A stretch of DNA of 64,000 nt from Vicugna vicugna (Eukaryota), in contig MU058844.1 of assembly GCA_013265495.1 (NCBI GenBank), forward strand, positions 5,062,344-5,126,343. The letters are read 5' to 3'. Below, piece after piece: positions 27,361 through 40,616 of this stretch (positions are counted from its first letter, which is position 1; every line of letters starts with the position of its first letter). The notes under the pieces were generated by a model. It was not told the origin of the DNA and made no database searches. It saw only the letters and a program-made list of their open reading frames with translations. The position numbers were made by a program, and so were the translations under genes.

Positions 27361-28599
27361 TACGTTTTAATGTCTCCAATCTAGTCTTCAGCCACTCAGT
27401 TGTCATTCTCAAAATAAGCTCTGTTTTTCCTTATCTTTTCTGTGTTTACCCATTTATTTATCATTTCATAATGTTGGATTTCCATGTATAAGCTTCTGCT
27501 TAACTTCCAATGAATGATCCCTGGCCCTAAATAGGAACATGACCACACCTAACATACTGCACAGAAAAAACTACCCTGACAAGTAGGGACTCAGCTCTGT
27601 CTCCAAGACTGTGAAATGGAACCAATGGTCATCTGGCCAGAAATGATGTTTCAGCCTCTGTGGGGCTTGTCCACCTTGGGGAGGGACACCTTTCCCACAC
27701 CAGTGTCCACGAGGAGGAACTATGCCAGAGCCTGTGCCCTTAAACGTAGGAAAGGAAGTAAGGAAGGTGATTTATCAATGCAATTCCAACTTCCTTCATA
27801 GGAGAAAGTTTCCTGTGGAAGAGAGTATGGTAAATGGACTCTACTTTTGTTCTGTCTCTCCTCCCACCATCCACCCCTACAATCTGGGAATTTTTTCATA
27901 ATGAAACCAAAGAAAATACTGCAAATGCAACCTGTAATGTTCTCTTAAAGAAAACCCCCTTAAAAATGCAAGGACAAGTACAAAATATAGCTATTTATAC
28001 ATTAATACAGCAAATATTCTCAATAGTCTATAACATGAATAAATGTGCTTTAAACATTCACCTTATACAGAAGATATTCTAAATGCTGTGTAGCTTGAAT
28101 GATTGTACTTTAAGCGTGTGCTTTACATAATTGTTTTCCCCTGGCAAAACACCTCTCCTACATAAATATGAGTGTAATGCCTTTTCTCATAAAATCATAC
28201 ACGTGTTTTTCTTTGTAAGATAGGGAGCGTGTACCGATGGAACTGGTTATAATCAGAAATCAGTCCATGTACAGCGTCTGTTGTGCTTAGTGTCTCAGTC
28301 TATTAATTTGATCCTAACATCTCACTTGTTGGAATATCTTAGAAACTGGTCTTCTCACTCGTAATTTTTATGCCATTAAGTGGTAGTTACATTTCACTGC
28401 AATAAATAAAGATCTCAAGTGTGATGCTGCTTTAAATGTTCCTGATATTTGGGTTCACAAAACTTTAATTCACGAATTTATGACTGGGTTGTATAATAAA
28501 GTCAACATAGAAACATCTCTCTGTTCTTATCTATCTTCTAGGTAGAGAAATAAAATATTTCACATAATTTTACTTTAAAAATACCTCATGTATGTTGTG

Positions 28600-28902
28600 T
28601 TGAAAGTGTTCAGTATCTTGACTGTGGTGGTGGATACAAGAACCCATGCATGTGATAAAATTGCACAGAACATAAACACAGACGCAGACACACAGCAAAA
28701 TGGCAAGTAAGACAGAGTCAATCTGAATAGATCAGAATAGTATCTCAGTATCAGTATCTTGATAGTGATGTTACACTCAAGGATTGCAAAATGTTACCAT
28801 TCGGGGAAGCTGGGCAAAATGTAAAAGGAATCTCCTTGTGTTATTTCTTACAACTGAGTGAGAATCTAAAATTATCCCGAGAAAATTTTCAATTAAAAAT
28901 AA
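28600..28902 (+). mobile_element. L1MD-like 3' end
   Basis: TATCTTGACTGTGGTGGTGGATACA...TTGCAAAATGTTACCATTCGGGGAAGCTGGG...TTATTTCTTACAACTG...GAATCTAAAATTATC. Confidence 0.8.
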
Positions 28903-29384
28903 ACTTTACATTACTCTCAAACAATTTTGTTCCTATTGAATATACTAAGACAAAATGTTGACCTCGTATGCATATTTACTCTGCATCATTTTGAAGTTCA
29001 ACTCAAGGAATTTTATTAAATGTATTCAGCTGGCAGTGAGACTCTAGGCAAATGAATATTATGAAATATCTATATTCAATATCATTATTTAAAATAAGGT
29101 ATGACCATTATTATATTTTGGAAAAAAGTTAAAATGTTCATTTGCTTTTAACATTGGAGGAATTCGTTATATTGCTAATTGGGCTTATTTTGGGGGGAGA
29201 AAGATAGACATTTCCTTTCTTGTGGTTTAGTTTCATTTCTCATGCTTGTTTTTCGTTTACTTCCCGACTTCTACTCCTCCGTATCAATCCATTCTCCACA
29301 GCACAGCTAGTTCTGTCTTTTTTTTAAAAATGCAAACTCTTCCTCTCCTACTCCGTGCCAAATTTATCAGCAAGTCTTGTGGCG

Positions 29385-29557
29385 ATAAGCAGACTTGCCA
29401 TGAACCTGAGGAATTTTAAGCCTCAAAGTCCCTCAAATGCACAGATTCCTCCTAAGGCCTCATACTTATTTGCATGTTTGTAATTTTCTGTTCTTTTCCT
29501 TAAAGAGGGCAAAATATGATGATTCTTCAAGTCCCATGAAGCTGGGAGTCAGTGTTG
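29385..29557 (+). mobile_element. MER53 hAT MITE, inserted in an L2 remnant
   Basis: TTAAGCCTCAAAGTCCCTCAAATGCACAG...CCTAAGGCC...GTAATTTTCTGTTCTTTTCCTTAAAGAGGGC matches my recall of the MER53 consensus; size ~175 bp. Confidence 0.7.
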
Positions 29558-29559
29558 CT

Positions 29560-30320
29560 TGTCATTTTCATTTCTAGAATATTTCTCCCATCTTTTTATT
29601 TCTCAGTATTGATAGTGGTACCCTCCCAAACCCTCATTTTCTTTTTGTCTGGATTACACTAATAGCCAAAGACCCTGTCTTCCTATGCCAAATAGACCAA
29701 ATCTCCCTCAAATCTGTAGTTCTAAACCTATAGTCTTATTTGCACCCACAGCCGTTTCCTATTCCCCTTCCTTAAAATTGGAGAAGCCTCTTCCTCTCTA
29801 AAGGTCATGAATTGGATCTTCCCACTTTCTCCTCTCCCTCAATTATTTCACTCGTTTGTTACCCATGTGTTCAAATTTTCCTTTAATTTTAACATTTTTA
29901 CATGCATATTTAAACTTATTCCAGCTTGTTTCTTCTCAATCACTGTAGCAGCAATACAACCATGAGGGACAAACAAAAAGTTCTTGGAATTCTGATTCCT
30001 ACTCAGCTACTATTGTTTATGTTAAAGACTTTTCCAAGCCAAACTATGCACCATTTGTGTTTCTCACTTCTCACCTCTTCCATCAGTTCTCTGAAATTTA
30101 CTCCCAAGATTATTAATAATCTTCTTTATGCTAAAAACAATGGCTTTTCATCAATCCTACTTTACACTTGACCTGTGTCATGTGACAAGACTGATTCCTC
30201 CTTGAAACCCACATCTCTTGGCTTCTGCAACTCACCAGAATCCTGGCCTCCTCCTACCAGCCTGCGCATTCCTTTAGGTTCCTATTTCATTGTCCATCGC
30301 TGAAATGTTCCTATACTCTG
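29560..30320 (+). mobile_element. L2 body remnants
   Basis: TGTGACAAGACTGATTCCTCCTTGAAAC...TCTCTTGGCTTCTG...TCCTGGCCTCCTCCTACC are L2 RT-region motifs. Confidence 0.55.
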
Positions 30321-30323
30321 CTT

Positions 30324-31770
30324 ATTTTTTAAATAAACTTTATACTTTAGAGTCATTTGAGGTTTACAGCAATATTGAGAGGAAGATACAGAGATTTCAC
30401 ATATACTCTCTCCCCCTACGGAGCCAGAGCCTCCCCTCTCATCAACATCTTCCAGCATGCTATGTTTGTTACAACTGATGAACTTACGTGGACTTTCATG
30501 ATCATTGTTATACATTCTATGAGTTTGGACATATTTAAAATAACATGTATCCACCATTATAGCTTTGTACCAAATGTTTTCACTGCCCTAAACATCCTCT
30601 GCCTGTTCATCCCTCCCTCCTTGTTAACCTCTGGCAACCACTGATATTTTTTTACTGTCTCCATGCTTTTGTCTTTTACAGAATGTCATGTAGTTGGAAT
30701 CATACAGTATGCAGCCTTTTCAGATTGGCTTATTTCACTTAGTTATATGCATTTAAAATTTTCCCATGTCTTTTCATGGCTTTATGGCACATTTATTTTA
30801 GTGCTGAAAAATATTCCATTGTCTAGATATATCACAGTTTACCCATTCACCTACTGAAGGACATCTTGGTTGCTTACAAGTTTTGGAAATTATGAGAAAA
30901 ATGTGCAGGTTTTTGTGTGGACATGTTTTCAGTTCCTTTGAGTAGATAACAAGGAGCATGATTGTAGGATCATATGGCAAGAGTATGCTTTGTAAGAAAC
31001 TATCAAACTGTCTTTCAATGTTGCACCATTTTATATTCTCACCAGCAGTGAATGAAAGTTCCTGTTGCTCCACATCCTGCTCAGCATTTGGTGTAGCCAG
31101 TGTTCTGGTTTTGGGCCGTTCTAATAGGTGTCCAGTCATTTTCACCTGGGTATCTTCTGTGGTGAAGCATCTGTTAAGGTCTTTGGTCCATTTTTTTAAT
31201 GAGGTTGTGTTCTTATTGCTGAATTTTAAGAATTCTCTATATAGTTTGGAAAACATTCCTTTATCAGATGTGTCTTTTGCAAATACTCCTCTGTCTCCGT
31301 GGCTTGTCTTCTCATCCTCTTGTCTTTTCAGAGCATAAGTTTTTAATTATCATAAAGTACAGTTTATCAATTCTTTTTTTCATAGATGGTGCCTTTGGTG
31401 TCGTATCTGAAAAAAAAAATATAGTCCCCAAACTCAAGGTGATCTACGATTTCTCTTCCATTATCATCTAGATGTTTTAGAGTTCTATGTTTTACATTTA
31501 GGTGAGTGATACTTTAGAAATAAAATTTTCTGAAGAGTATGAGGCTTGTGTCTGGGGTCTTTGTGTCTGTGTGTATGTGTATGGATGGCTAGTTGTTCTG
31601 GTACCATTTGTTGAAAAGACTGACTTTGCTCCTTTGTATTGCTTTTGTTCCTTTGTCAAGTATCAGCTAATTACATTTGTGTTGGTCTATTTCTGGGCTC
31701 TGCATTTTGCCCTACTAATCTATTTATTCGTTCACCATACCACACTGTCTTGATTACTGTAGCTTACTAT
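30324..31770 (-). mobile_element. L1MC1/2-like 3'UTR plus ORF2 C-terminus
   Basis: Starts with a T-tail, then TAGAGTCATTTGAGGTTTACAGCAATATTGAG. The minus ORF 30798-31256 contains L1 ORF2 C-terminal remnants (KKWTKDLNRCFTTED; LPYDPTIMLLVIYSKE; KTCKQPRCPSVGEW). Confidence 0.9.
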
Positions 31771-31829
31771 TCTTACTCTACACACACTACTTAACACACA
31801 TCATTCACCCTCCTGATATCAAATAGCAC

Positions 31830-33290
31830 CTATATACTTATTTGTTTATTCAGCTAGTGCACGTTGAGTACCTACTTTGTGAGAGGTCCTGTGTTTGGTC
31901 CTGGGAATGAAATTTGAACAAAAGTGATCTGTTCATTAACCTTAATCAAATAAGCATGCAAGTATATTGCTAAGTACAATCTGTGATCATTGTTACATAG
32001 GAAGAATACAGTATACTGAGGGGGTACATAAAAGTTAGGATTGATACGGGGAGGGTTTCTTTGGGGACATGTATTTGAGCTATGCTCACAAGCAGAAGCA
32101 GGAATTAACTTATTAAAAGGAAGACAGAGTATTGCAGGCAGAGACGGCAGCAGAATAAAGGTCCTGAAGCAGCATATAGGGCTTTTCAAATGTCAGCCAT
32201 TGATCACAAATTGCAGGCTCTTTTGTAACAGTGCTTTAATTTACTCCTCTGTAATGTGTTAGAAGAGTTGTTGATCAAGTTTTCCCACCTTCTCTTTGCC
32301 AGAGAATGTGTATGTAATCCAGGTTAGGCCAGTCAGATGTTCTCTCCTTGAAATATAAATTTCAAACAGAATTTAAACAAACAAAAAATAAAACTGGAGC
32401 TCATTCATTCCTGTATGGACACTGACATGAAACTGTTGGGTTGATTATGCTTCACAGATTCCAGCGAAACCTTTTTTTTCTATCTTATTCTGCACCTGTT
32501 TCTCTGGCCTTCTGGTCAGTTCTGTGAGCTCTCCCATATAATTCCTAATAATTTCTTTCTCTGCTGAAGGTAGCCCAATTTGGTTTCAATTTTTTACATT
32601 GAATGATCCCTAGTGATATATGAAAATAAGCACAGAATTTTTTAATGAAAATTTAGTCATTATGGGTAAAATGAAAGAAGAGAGGAGTGAAATACGATAA
32701 AATTAGGGCACAGGAAGGGATAGATAAAACCCATTTTCAGTCCAGTTTAAGGATTAAGTCTTTATCCTAAGATCACAGGGAAGTCATTATTATAAAATGT
32801 TTAAGCATAAGAGCTACATGATCAGAATCAGATTTTAAAAACATAGCTCCAGATTCAGTTAATAAAATACAATGTGAGCAAAAAGGGTAAATGTAAGGCT
32901 ATTTAGGCAATGATTACATTATGATCAAATAAAAGTTGATAAGGAGAAAGCAGGCAGGTGGATTTCATAAGTATTTAGACCGTAAAACTGACACATCAGT
33001 CTCTTGTGGCAGAGGCAAGTGTGTAGGAAGAGCCTTAGGTTTCTTGAAACTGTCAAATGTCAGAGATGGCTTTCAGGAGAGAGTTCCTTGAGTCTCCGGC
33101 TTATAGAACTGGATCTTTAGAAACGGCATTTACAATGAAACAGGGAATAATGGATGATAAGTAGATTTATGTAGGGCATTATATTGGGTTAGTCATTAAA
33201 TTTACTAAATTATTAGTGACTTGAGACATAAAAGAGATGTCCAGAAGACATAGACTATTTGTGCCTGTAGCCTGGGATATAGTTTTGGGG
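31830..33290 (-). mobile_element. L2 remnant, interrupted by an LTR
   Basis: Reverse L2 tail TTGAGTACCTACTTTGTG...CCTGTGTTTGGTCCTGGG, followed by CTTTATCCTAAG...GGGAAGTCATT and GAGATGTCCAG. Confidence 0.6.
32200..32620 (+). mobile_element. Old ERVL LTR (LTR33/LTR16-like)
   Basis: CAGGTTAGGCCAGTCAGATG...TCTGTGAGCT...AATAATTTCTTTCTCTGCTGAAGGTAGCC...TGGTTTC...CCCTAGTGATATA resembles the 3' end of this family. Confidence 0.6.
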
Positions 33291-33640
33291 GTCATCTCTA
33301 GCCCAGACTTTTCGGAGTTCCAGATCCATATAGCCATCTTCCTATTTGGCATCTCCAGTTGAAGGTCTCCAATGCACCTCAAACTCTCTGTGTTTAAAAG
33401 AATTGAACTCCGTCTGCACTCCCCTCAAAAAGCACACTCACTCTGTTCTTCTTTCATTAATGCTTATCTCAGTGAAACTGATTACTGTTCACCTAGTTGT
33501 GAAAGCTAGTAACCTAGGGATTATAATTATTTGTTCTTTCTTCTGCAGTTCCCATTTCAAAAACAATCAGCAATATCTCTTTATGTTGAAAATTGCTCTC
33601 AAATTAAGTTTGATTTTTATATCCTTATGTCATACCATAA
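33291..33640 (+). mobile_element. L2 fragment
   Basis: ATCTCTAGCCCAGAC...TTCCAGATCCATATAGCCATCTTCCTATTTGGCATCTCCAGTTGAAGG...CACCTCAAACTC. Confidence 0.75.
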
Positions 33641-34027
33641 TTCTTTGCATTTATTATACAATTGTGAACATTAAACTTTGCATTTTATCTATAAGTTGAA
33701 AATGTTCCAAAGAGCGGTATGTGTGCTCTTTTTAATGTCAGTCATTATTCTCTCTGGTTTTACTGTTGTTATTAGGTTGCTATATTTAAATTTAATGAAG
33801 CATTTATTCTCAAAATCAAGAAGACCATTGAGATGATACAATTCTTTAAGTCTGTGGTGTGAAATCAGAGTAATAAACTTTATTTGGTGTGAGATGAAAA
33901 ATGATTGAATATGCTTTCTATTCATTAAGTTTCTTCTATTCTTTCTCTTTGATATTTGTAAGTGAAGTAAATAATAAAAAGTGTTAGATTTTTTTCCTAA
34001 TCTCCTCTGTGAAGTTCTGATAAAGTG

Positions 34028-34061
34028 TTAAAGACAAAACTTCTTAAAGTTTTGTCTTTAA
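34028..34061. repeat. Perfect 15-bp inverted repeat with 4-nt loop
   Basis: TTAAAGACAAAACTT-CTTA-AAGTTTTGTCTTTAA. Confidence 0.95.
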
Positions 34062-35761
34062 GGACAAGGACAACCTGTTCTATTTTATGACACCTAGGAT
34101 GCAACAATATATTACAGAATGCACTTCTGACATGCCATAGTAAAGTCAGTCTTCATCACAGTAAGTCTACTCCTTCTAAATACAAAGTTGTCTTTAAAGA
34201 ATAAGGTAAGGAACAAAATGAGATAAATTACCACATGTTGCTTAATAAAGCCTAGGTTTTGAAATAGTTATTTTAAATTCCAATATAGGAAATTCAGAAA
34301 TTTTTTAACCAAATAAAATGAACTAGTGTATAGATTTATAATATATAAAATCCAGATGATATTTCTTTTACTGTTTCTAAATTAACTAGAATTAAAAAAA
34401 TTTTTTTTGCAACTGTTTCTCAGTTTTCTCTAAGCAAACAAGCTAAAGCTATCCACATTTTGAAAATTATCCCTTCATTGAACTAATTTTTTTTAGTTCA
34501 ATAGTCTTGCATATTGCACCTTTTACAGTGCCTGTCACCTGTTAAGTATTTCTTAGATTTGATCCATGAACCATGGTACTTACTTCAAAAATATAGAATA
34601 AAATAAAATAAAATCAGACTTCTGTTCCCTGTCCCAAACATTATAGCAGAATCCATAGGTATGAAGCCTTAGCATTTAAACAGCACAGTTTAGTGATGTT
34701 TTTAGAACTTTTCATCACTGCCAGTGATGCAGGAACTTGAGACTGTACTTCTGCCCAAGTTAATATGTCCACCTTCCTAGGAAGACCCTCTCACATTGGG
34801 ACCTGCTTTCCTTTGGCTCAATTCTCAGGAGTAAAAGCATGCTAATCCTGTGAGATTTGTTTATTCCTCCTGACCATTTGGCCATAGGGAGTTTCCTTTT
34901 GTTATAGTCTTAAACTGGGCACTTTAATCTCAGCAGCTCTCATGGAGAGATGACAACTCTGGATATCAGAGAATGGAGGGTTCAGCAGGATCTTTAGTCT
35001 TTAAGTTTTAGAACTAATGCTGTGTACAGTAAAAAAAAAAAAGTGATTTTTTACTTTGCTCATTCAGAGAGCAATCAGCAAGCAAGAAAAGGAGTTATCA
35101 AGCTTATATTACAAAGAAGTAAAACTGATAATGATAAAGGCAACATTTTTGCACTTGAAACCCAGTGGCCTTCCAGATTAATGCAAATTTCATGGTGAAC
35201 ATGATCTTTCTAAAGAGAAGAAAACCTAACAGAACAAATGTCAGTGTCAAATTTTAGGTTTTTTGACCATTTTCCTCTTACATTTTCAACATACAACTTA
35301 ATTTTCATAGCCATTCTATAGATGATGTTTTAAAGTATTAATTATTATTAAAGATTCTATATTAATTCCAATCTTTGTTATTCTTTTCTCTGTGCATTTA
35401 AATAGATACATTTAGGAAGATAAATTAACACACTAGTGAATCTATTTTGACCAACCAAATATTTTATTTAACAGACTAGATTATATATAATGCAGCAGTT
35501 TTGTATCCTCACATATAAATTAATCCTCTAGTATATATTTTTTATCATTTCAATTAAAATTTAAACTAAGAAATAGACATTTAAGAAGACAATCTGGTCA
35601 GCCTGTTTTTTTCAGTCTGAGAAGAGAAATAGCTAATTATCTTTCTGTGAAATGTACTGAAATTTTTAGAGATTTCTTTCCTCTCCCTTTTTTTTAAAAC
35701 TACTTTAAGAAAATGAGTTATAAAATGTTTCTTGTTAGTACATACTTATCACTTATAGTCT

Positions 35762-35982
35762 CAGGTTCAGCAAACTGTGACCAGAGGGCTCAATCCAGTG
35801 TGCTGCTTGTTTTTGTAAATCAAGTTTTATTGGAAAGCAGACACACTCCTTTGTGTATGTTTTGTCTATGGCTGGTTTCATGATACAACTTCAGAACTGA
35901 GTAGTTGTCAAAGAGACAGTATGGCCAACAAACCCTAAAATATTTATGGTCTAGTTCTTTAGAGAAAAGTTTGCCAGTCCTG
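35762..35982 (+). mobile_element. MER58A hAT-Charlie MITE
   Basis: CAGGTTCAGCAAACT...GTTTTTGTAAATCAAGTTTTATTGGAA...TGTCTATGGCTG...GAAAAGTTTGCCAGTCCTG; ~220 bp with TIRs. Confidence 0.9.
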
Positions 35983-38359
35983 GTGGAGTATACCTAAAGT
36001 ACTGAACAACTGAAGTGGATCAATTTTTATTTCTCCCTATTATGAGAAGTTTATATGCAGTAATAACTGTGAAATGACCTGAAAATAATGGCTAGAAAGT
36101 AAATACAGGCAGTGAAGTTTTTCTTTCGTTTTACTTCATTTTTATGTTCATGTCAGTAGAAAAATAATTAAGTAATTTAAAAACAATGAAATAATATACT
36201 GAAATACAAAAAAAGAAAGAGTATTACTTTAATTCCTTTACATTCAATTAATTTATTTTAAAATCGTAAAGTATCTACCTACAATTGGTCCACCACAGTC
36301 GTCAATAATAACTTAATAATAATTCATAAATGAATTCTAATAAAACTGGAATATCTTAGAAAGATATGTTTTAGGCAAATAGCAAATTAACACTGATGTG
36401 TATTTTCTTTTCTTAGTTTTAACAAACACAACTAAAGAATAAAAAGACGTTAAAGAAATGACTGAAATGTCTTTAGCAAAGCAAAATATCCCATAGATTC
36501 CACTCACTGCTTTAAATTTTAAACACAAGTAAAACCTCCCTGTGGACTCAGATAAAAACGAAGTAACATAAATGTTGTTTCTTTGTCTTTGTGATCACTG
36601 TGCAATCATTGTTTACTGCTAATCTATTAATTAAACACCAGAATATGAAGTACTGCAGGAGCTGGAGACACAAACTCTGCCCAAAGCTAGGCCAAATGAT
36701 TTTGAACTGCTGGGTTTAATTCTTGAATGAATGCGCATATTCTTCCAGGTAGAATACCAAGTTTATTCAAGGTTACGTATATTTTGAAACTCAACAGTAA
36801 CTTTAGCAATTATGTAGCAGCTATTTGTTTTTAAGTTCTCTACACACTGTACCTCTCTCCTGTCTCTCTCCCATATCCTTGTTACACACTTGTTACACAT
36901 TCTACTGAATCTTTGCAAGTGTCTGTTTCTTTACCATTTAACTTTTTAGCTCTTTAAGATTTATTTATTTATTTTTCTTTGCCTACAAAATGAGTATATC
37001 TGCCATAAATCCTAAGTACCCTTTCTCTTCATTTCCACTTTTTGGTCCACTTTTTATTCTACTTCCTTTTCCTTTCCACTTCTTTTTCACATTTTAAGCC
37101 CCAACATGTGTCATTTTACTTATTGGTCCTTTATAAACCCTCATAGGCAGAACAAGCAGCTTTCTCCTGGCTTCTCCAACACTTCATTCATACTGCAAGC
37201 ACACTACTTGTCATATGAAGACCATCCCCTCTCCCCCTTTCTCTCTCTGTCTGCTGAAGGCTAGATAATGTGCTGTGATCATATGATCTTCACCAGTGCT
37301 GATGCAGTGCTCAGACAACAATAGGCATTTGGGAAAATTTCTAGAGATAAATGGCGCCCATCTATATAAAGATTGCAAGTGGAGCTTATGGTGGCAGTTA
37401 TACCTCTGATATTTGCAGTACTGAATCTTTAATTTTGTAGCAATAAAATTTGCTACATATTTGAAAAGACAGTGGGCCTTTTCAATTCTGTTTGAAGAAT
37501 AAGAAACTGCACATACCCAAAAAACATATAAAAGGCATTTCTTAGGTTTTTTTCTAGTTCAGTGCCCCCAAATTTGGTTGTGAACAAGTGTGAAGGTTTT
37601 TTGCCATGAACACTTGTATTTACTATGTTTATTATAAGCTAGAATAATAATATTATTTTAATATATTGATATTATGTTTATTAGTATATAAATAATATAT
37701 TAGTATATAATTTAAAATAATTTTATTCGGGTACCTTTAACTGATGCCTACTTGAGCATTCTATGAACAAATGAGAAGAAAGTAATTTCTTGCCTGTAAG
37801 AAATTATATACCATTAACATAGTACAGATTTATTATATGTATTAGGAGCATGGGATAAAGTAATTGCTCATTATAGGAAAAAAAGGAAAAATGCCATTTA
37901 CTTATTGTTTTAGAAGCTTATAATTTACTTGATTCTTTTGTGGAGTTGATTTTGTCAAAATCTCTGTTCTTACCTCCTTTGTTGTAGGTGAGAATTCTCC
38001 TTTGAGAATAGGTGAGTTTTTTGTTTGTTTGTTTTTTGTTTTTTTAGACAGTAAAGATGAAGAGAAAAGAGATATGAATATTCTGTGCCCATTGGAATCA
38101 CAGCCCTGTCCTAATTGTGAAAACTGCTGTATAATAATGTCTCATTATTTGGTCTAAAATGTATTTTTTGCTTTCAGAAATGTACATCTAAATCTAGAGA
38201 ATGTAGAAACAAACAAGCAAAAAAACCAGAACTGTCTTTGGATTATGCTAGGAACTACATCATTTTAAAGCTCCAGACAATTCCTTTCCTTGAATTGCTC
38301 TTTGATGTTTTTCTACAGCCTGTACCGAGGGAAGTGTCCTTTCTATTTTTACTTTAAGA

Positions 38360-40615
38360 GTATGGTAGAAGATCCAGCAGGCAGAAAATCAGTAAGAGCA
38401 CAGCTGAACTCAACAGCACCATCAATCAACAGGATATAATTGATGTCCATATACTACTTCAACGACAACACAGTACACAAGCTCACACAGAACATTCACC
38501 AAAATGTATCACATCTTGGAACATAAAACACACCGTACAAACTGAAAAAAAAATTATGCAATGTTTGTTCTCAGACATTCCCTCAGAAGGAATACTTCCC
38601 AACTCATTCTGTAAGGCCGGTGTACCCTAGTATCAAAATCAGATAAAGATATTACAAGAAAAGAAAACTAAAGACAAATCTCTCATAAGCATACATGCAA
38701 TAATTCTCAAAAAATAATAGCAAACTGAATCCAACAATGTTTAAAAAGAATTATATACCACGACCAAGTGGGATTTATCCAAGTTATGCAAGGCTACTTC
38801 AACATTCAAAAATCAATAAACATAATCCATCATATCCATAAGGTAAAAAAAAAGAAATCACACAATCACAGCAGTAGATGCAGAAAAAGCACTTGACGAA
38901 ATCCAACACCAACTGATGTTAAAAACTCTCACTAAAGTAGGAATAAAAGAGAACTTCCTCAACTTGATAAGGAATATGTACCAAAAGCCCTACAGTTAAC
39001 CTCATATGTAATGGTGAAAACTTTAAAGCTTTCTCACTAAGATCAGGTGAGGATGTATTTTCTTACCACTTCTTTACAACATTCCGCTGGAAATTCTAGC
39101 TAATGCAGTAAGAAATTAGAAAAGCAAATGAAAGCTATACAGATTGGGAAGAAAGAAAGAAAACTGTCCTCATTTATAGATGACAAACAAGATCATTTAT
39201 GTAGAAAATCCAAAAGAACTGACCAAACAACTCCTGAAACTAATAAGCTATTATAGCAAGGTTGTATGATACAAGGTTAACATGCAAAAGGCAACTGCCT
39301 TTCTGTACACCAGCGATGAACAAGTGGAGTTTGAAAATAGACACAATACTATTTATATTAACACCCCCCAAAATGGATACTTTAGTATAAATCTAACAAA
39401 ATATTTATAAGGTTTATATGAGGAAAAATATAAAACTATGTGAAAGAAGTCAAAGAATAATTAAATACATGGATTTTCCATATCCATGAATAGGAAGACT
39501 CAGAATTGTCAAGGTGTTAGTTCTTCCCAACTTGATCTACAGAGTCAATTCAATCACAATCAAAATCTTAGCAAATTACTTTGTGGACGTATACAAACTG
39601 ATTCTAAATTTTATATGGTGAGGAGAAAGATCCAGAATAGTTAATACAATATTGAGGGAGAAGAATGAAATTGGAAGGTTGAAGCTACCAGACTTTAAGA
39701 CTTACTATAAAGCTACAATAATCAAAACACTGGGTATTGGGGGTGAAACAGACAAATAGATCAATGGCACAGAATAATGAGTCCAGAGATTAAATGATGC
39801 AAATATAATTAACGGACCTTTGACAAAGGAGCAAAGGGAATTCATAGGGGAAACTATAGTGTCTTTAATGAATGGTGTTGGTTCAACTGGATATCTGAGT
39901 TCAAATTAATTAATCTAGACACAGATCTGTATCTATCACAAAAATTCACAAAATGGATCATAAGCCTAAAAGTAAAATGCTGGACTATAAAATTTGTAAG
40001 AGATAACATAGGAGAAAACCTAGATGACTTCTGATACCTTTTTAGATAAAACAACAAAGACATAATCCATGAAAGAAAAATTTGATAAACTGGACTTCAT
40101 TAAAATTAAAAATCTGCTGTGCAAGAGACAATGTTAAGAGAATAAGAAGACAAGCTGTAGACTGGGAGAAAATGTTGCAACAGATACATCTGATAAAGGA
40201 CTGTTAGCTAAATTATACAAAGAACCCTTAAAACTCAACAGTAACAAACAACTCCATTAAAAAATGGGCCAAAGACCTCTGCAGACACCTCACCAAAAAA
40301 GCACATGAATAGATTCACATCATATGTCATCAGAGAAATACAAATTAAAACAAGATATCACTACAAAACTATTGGAATGGCCAAAATCTGAAACACAGAC
40401 AACAGGAAATGATGGGAGGATGTGGAGCGACAGGAATTCTCATACGTTGCTAATAGGAATGCAAAATGGTACAGCCACTTTGGAAGACAGTTCGGTGGTT
40501 TCTTAACATGCTAAAATTAAAAATTAATTGAAAGTTAACTTTCAAAACTAAATATACTCTTACCACACAATCAAGCAATCATGCTCTTTGTTATTTGCCC
40601 AGAGAAGTTAAATCA
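38360..40615 (+). mobile_element. L1MC-like ORF2 remnant with internal deletion near 38575
   Basis: Endonuclease-region motifs (CAGAAAATCAGTAAG, ACATTCACCAAAAT) jump to AATACTTCCCAACTCATTC, then RT and C-terminal motifs (GACCAAGTGGGATTTATCC, GATGCAGAAAAAGC, AAATGGGCCAAAGACC). Confidence 0.9.
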
Positions 40616-40616
40616 C

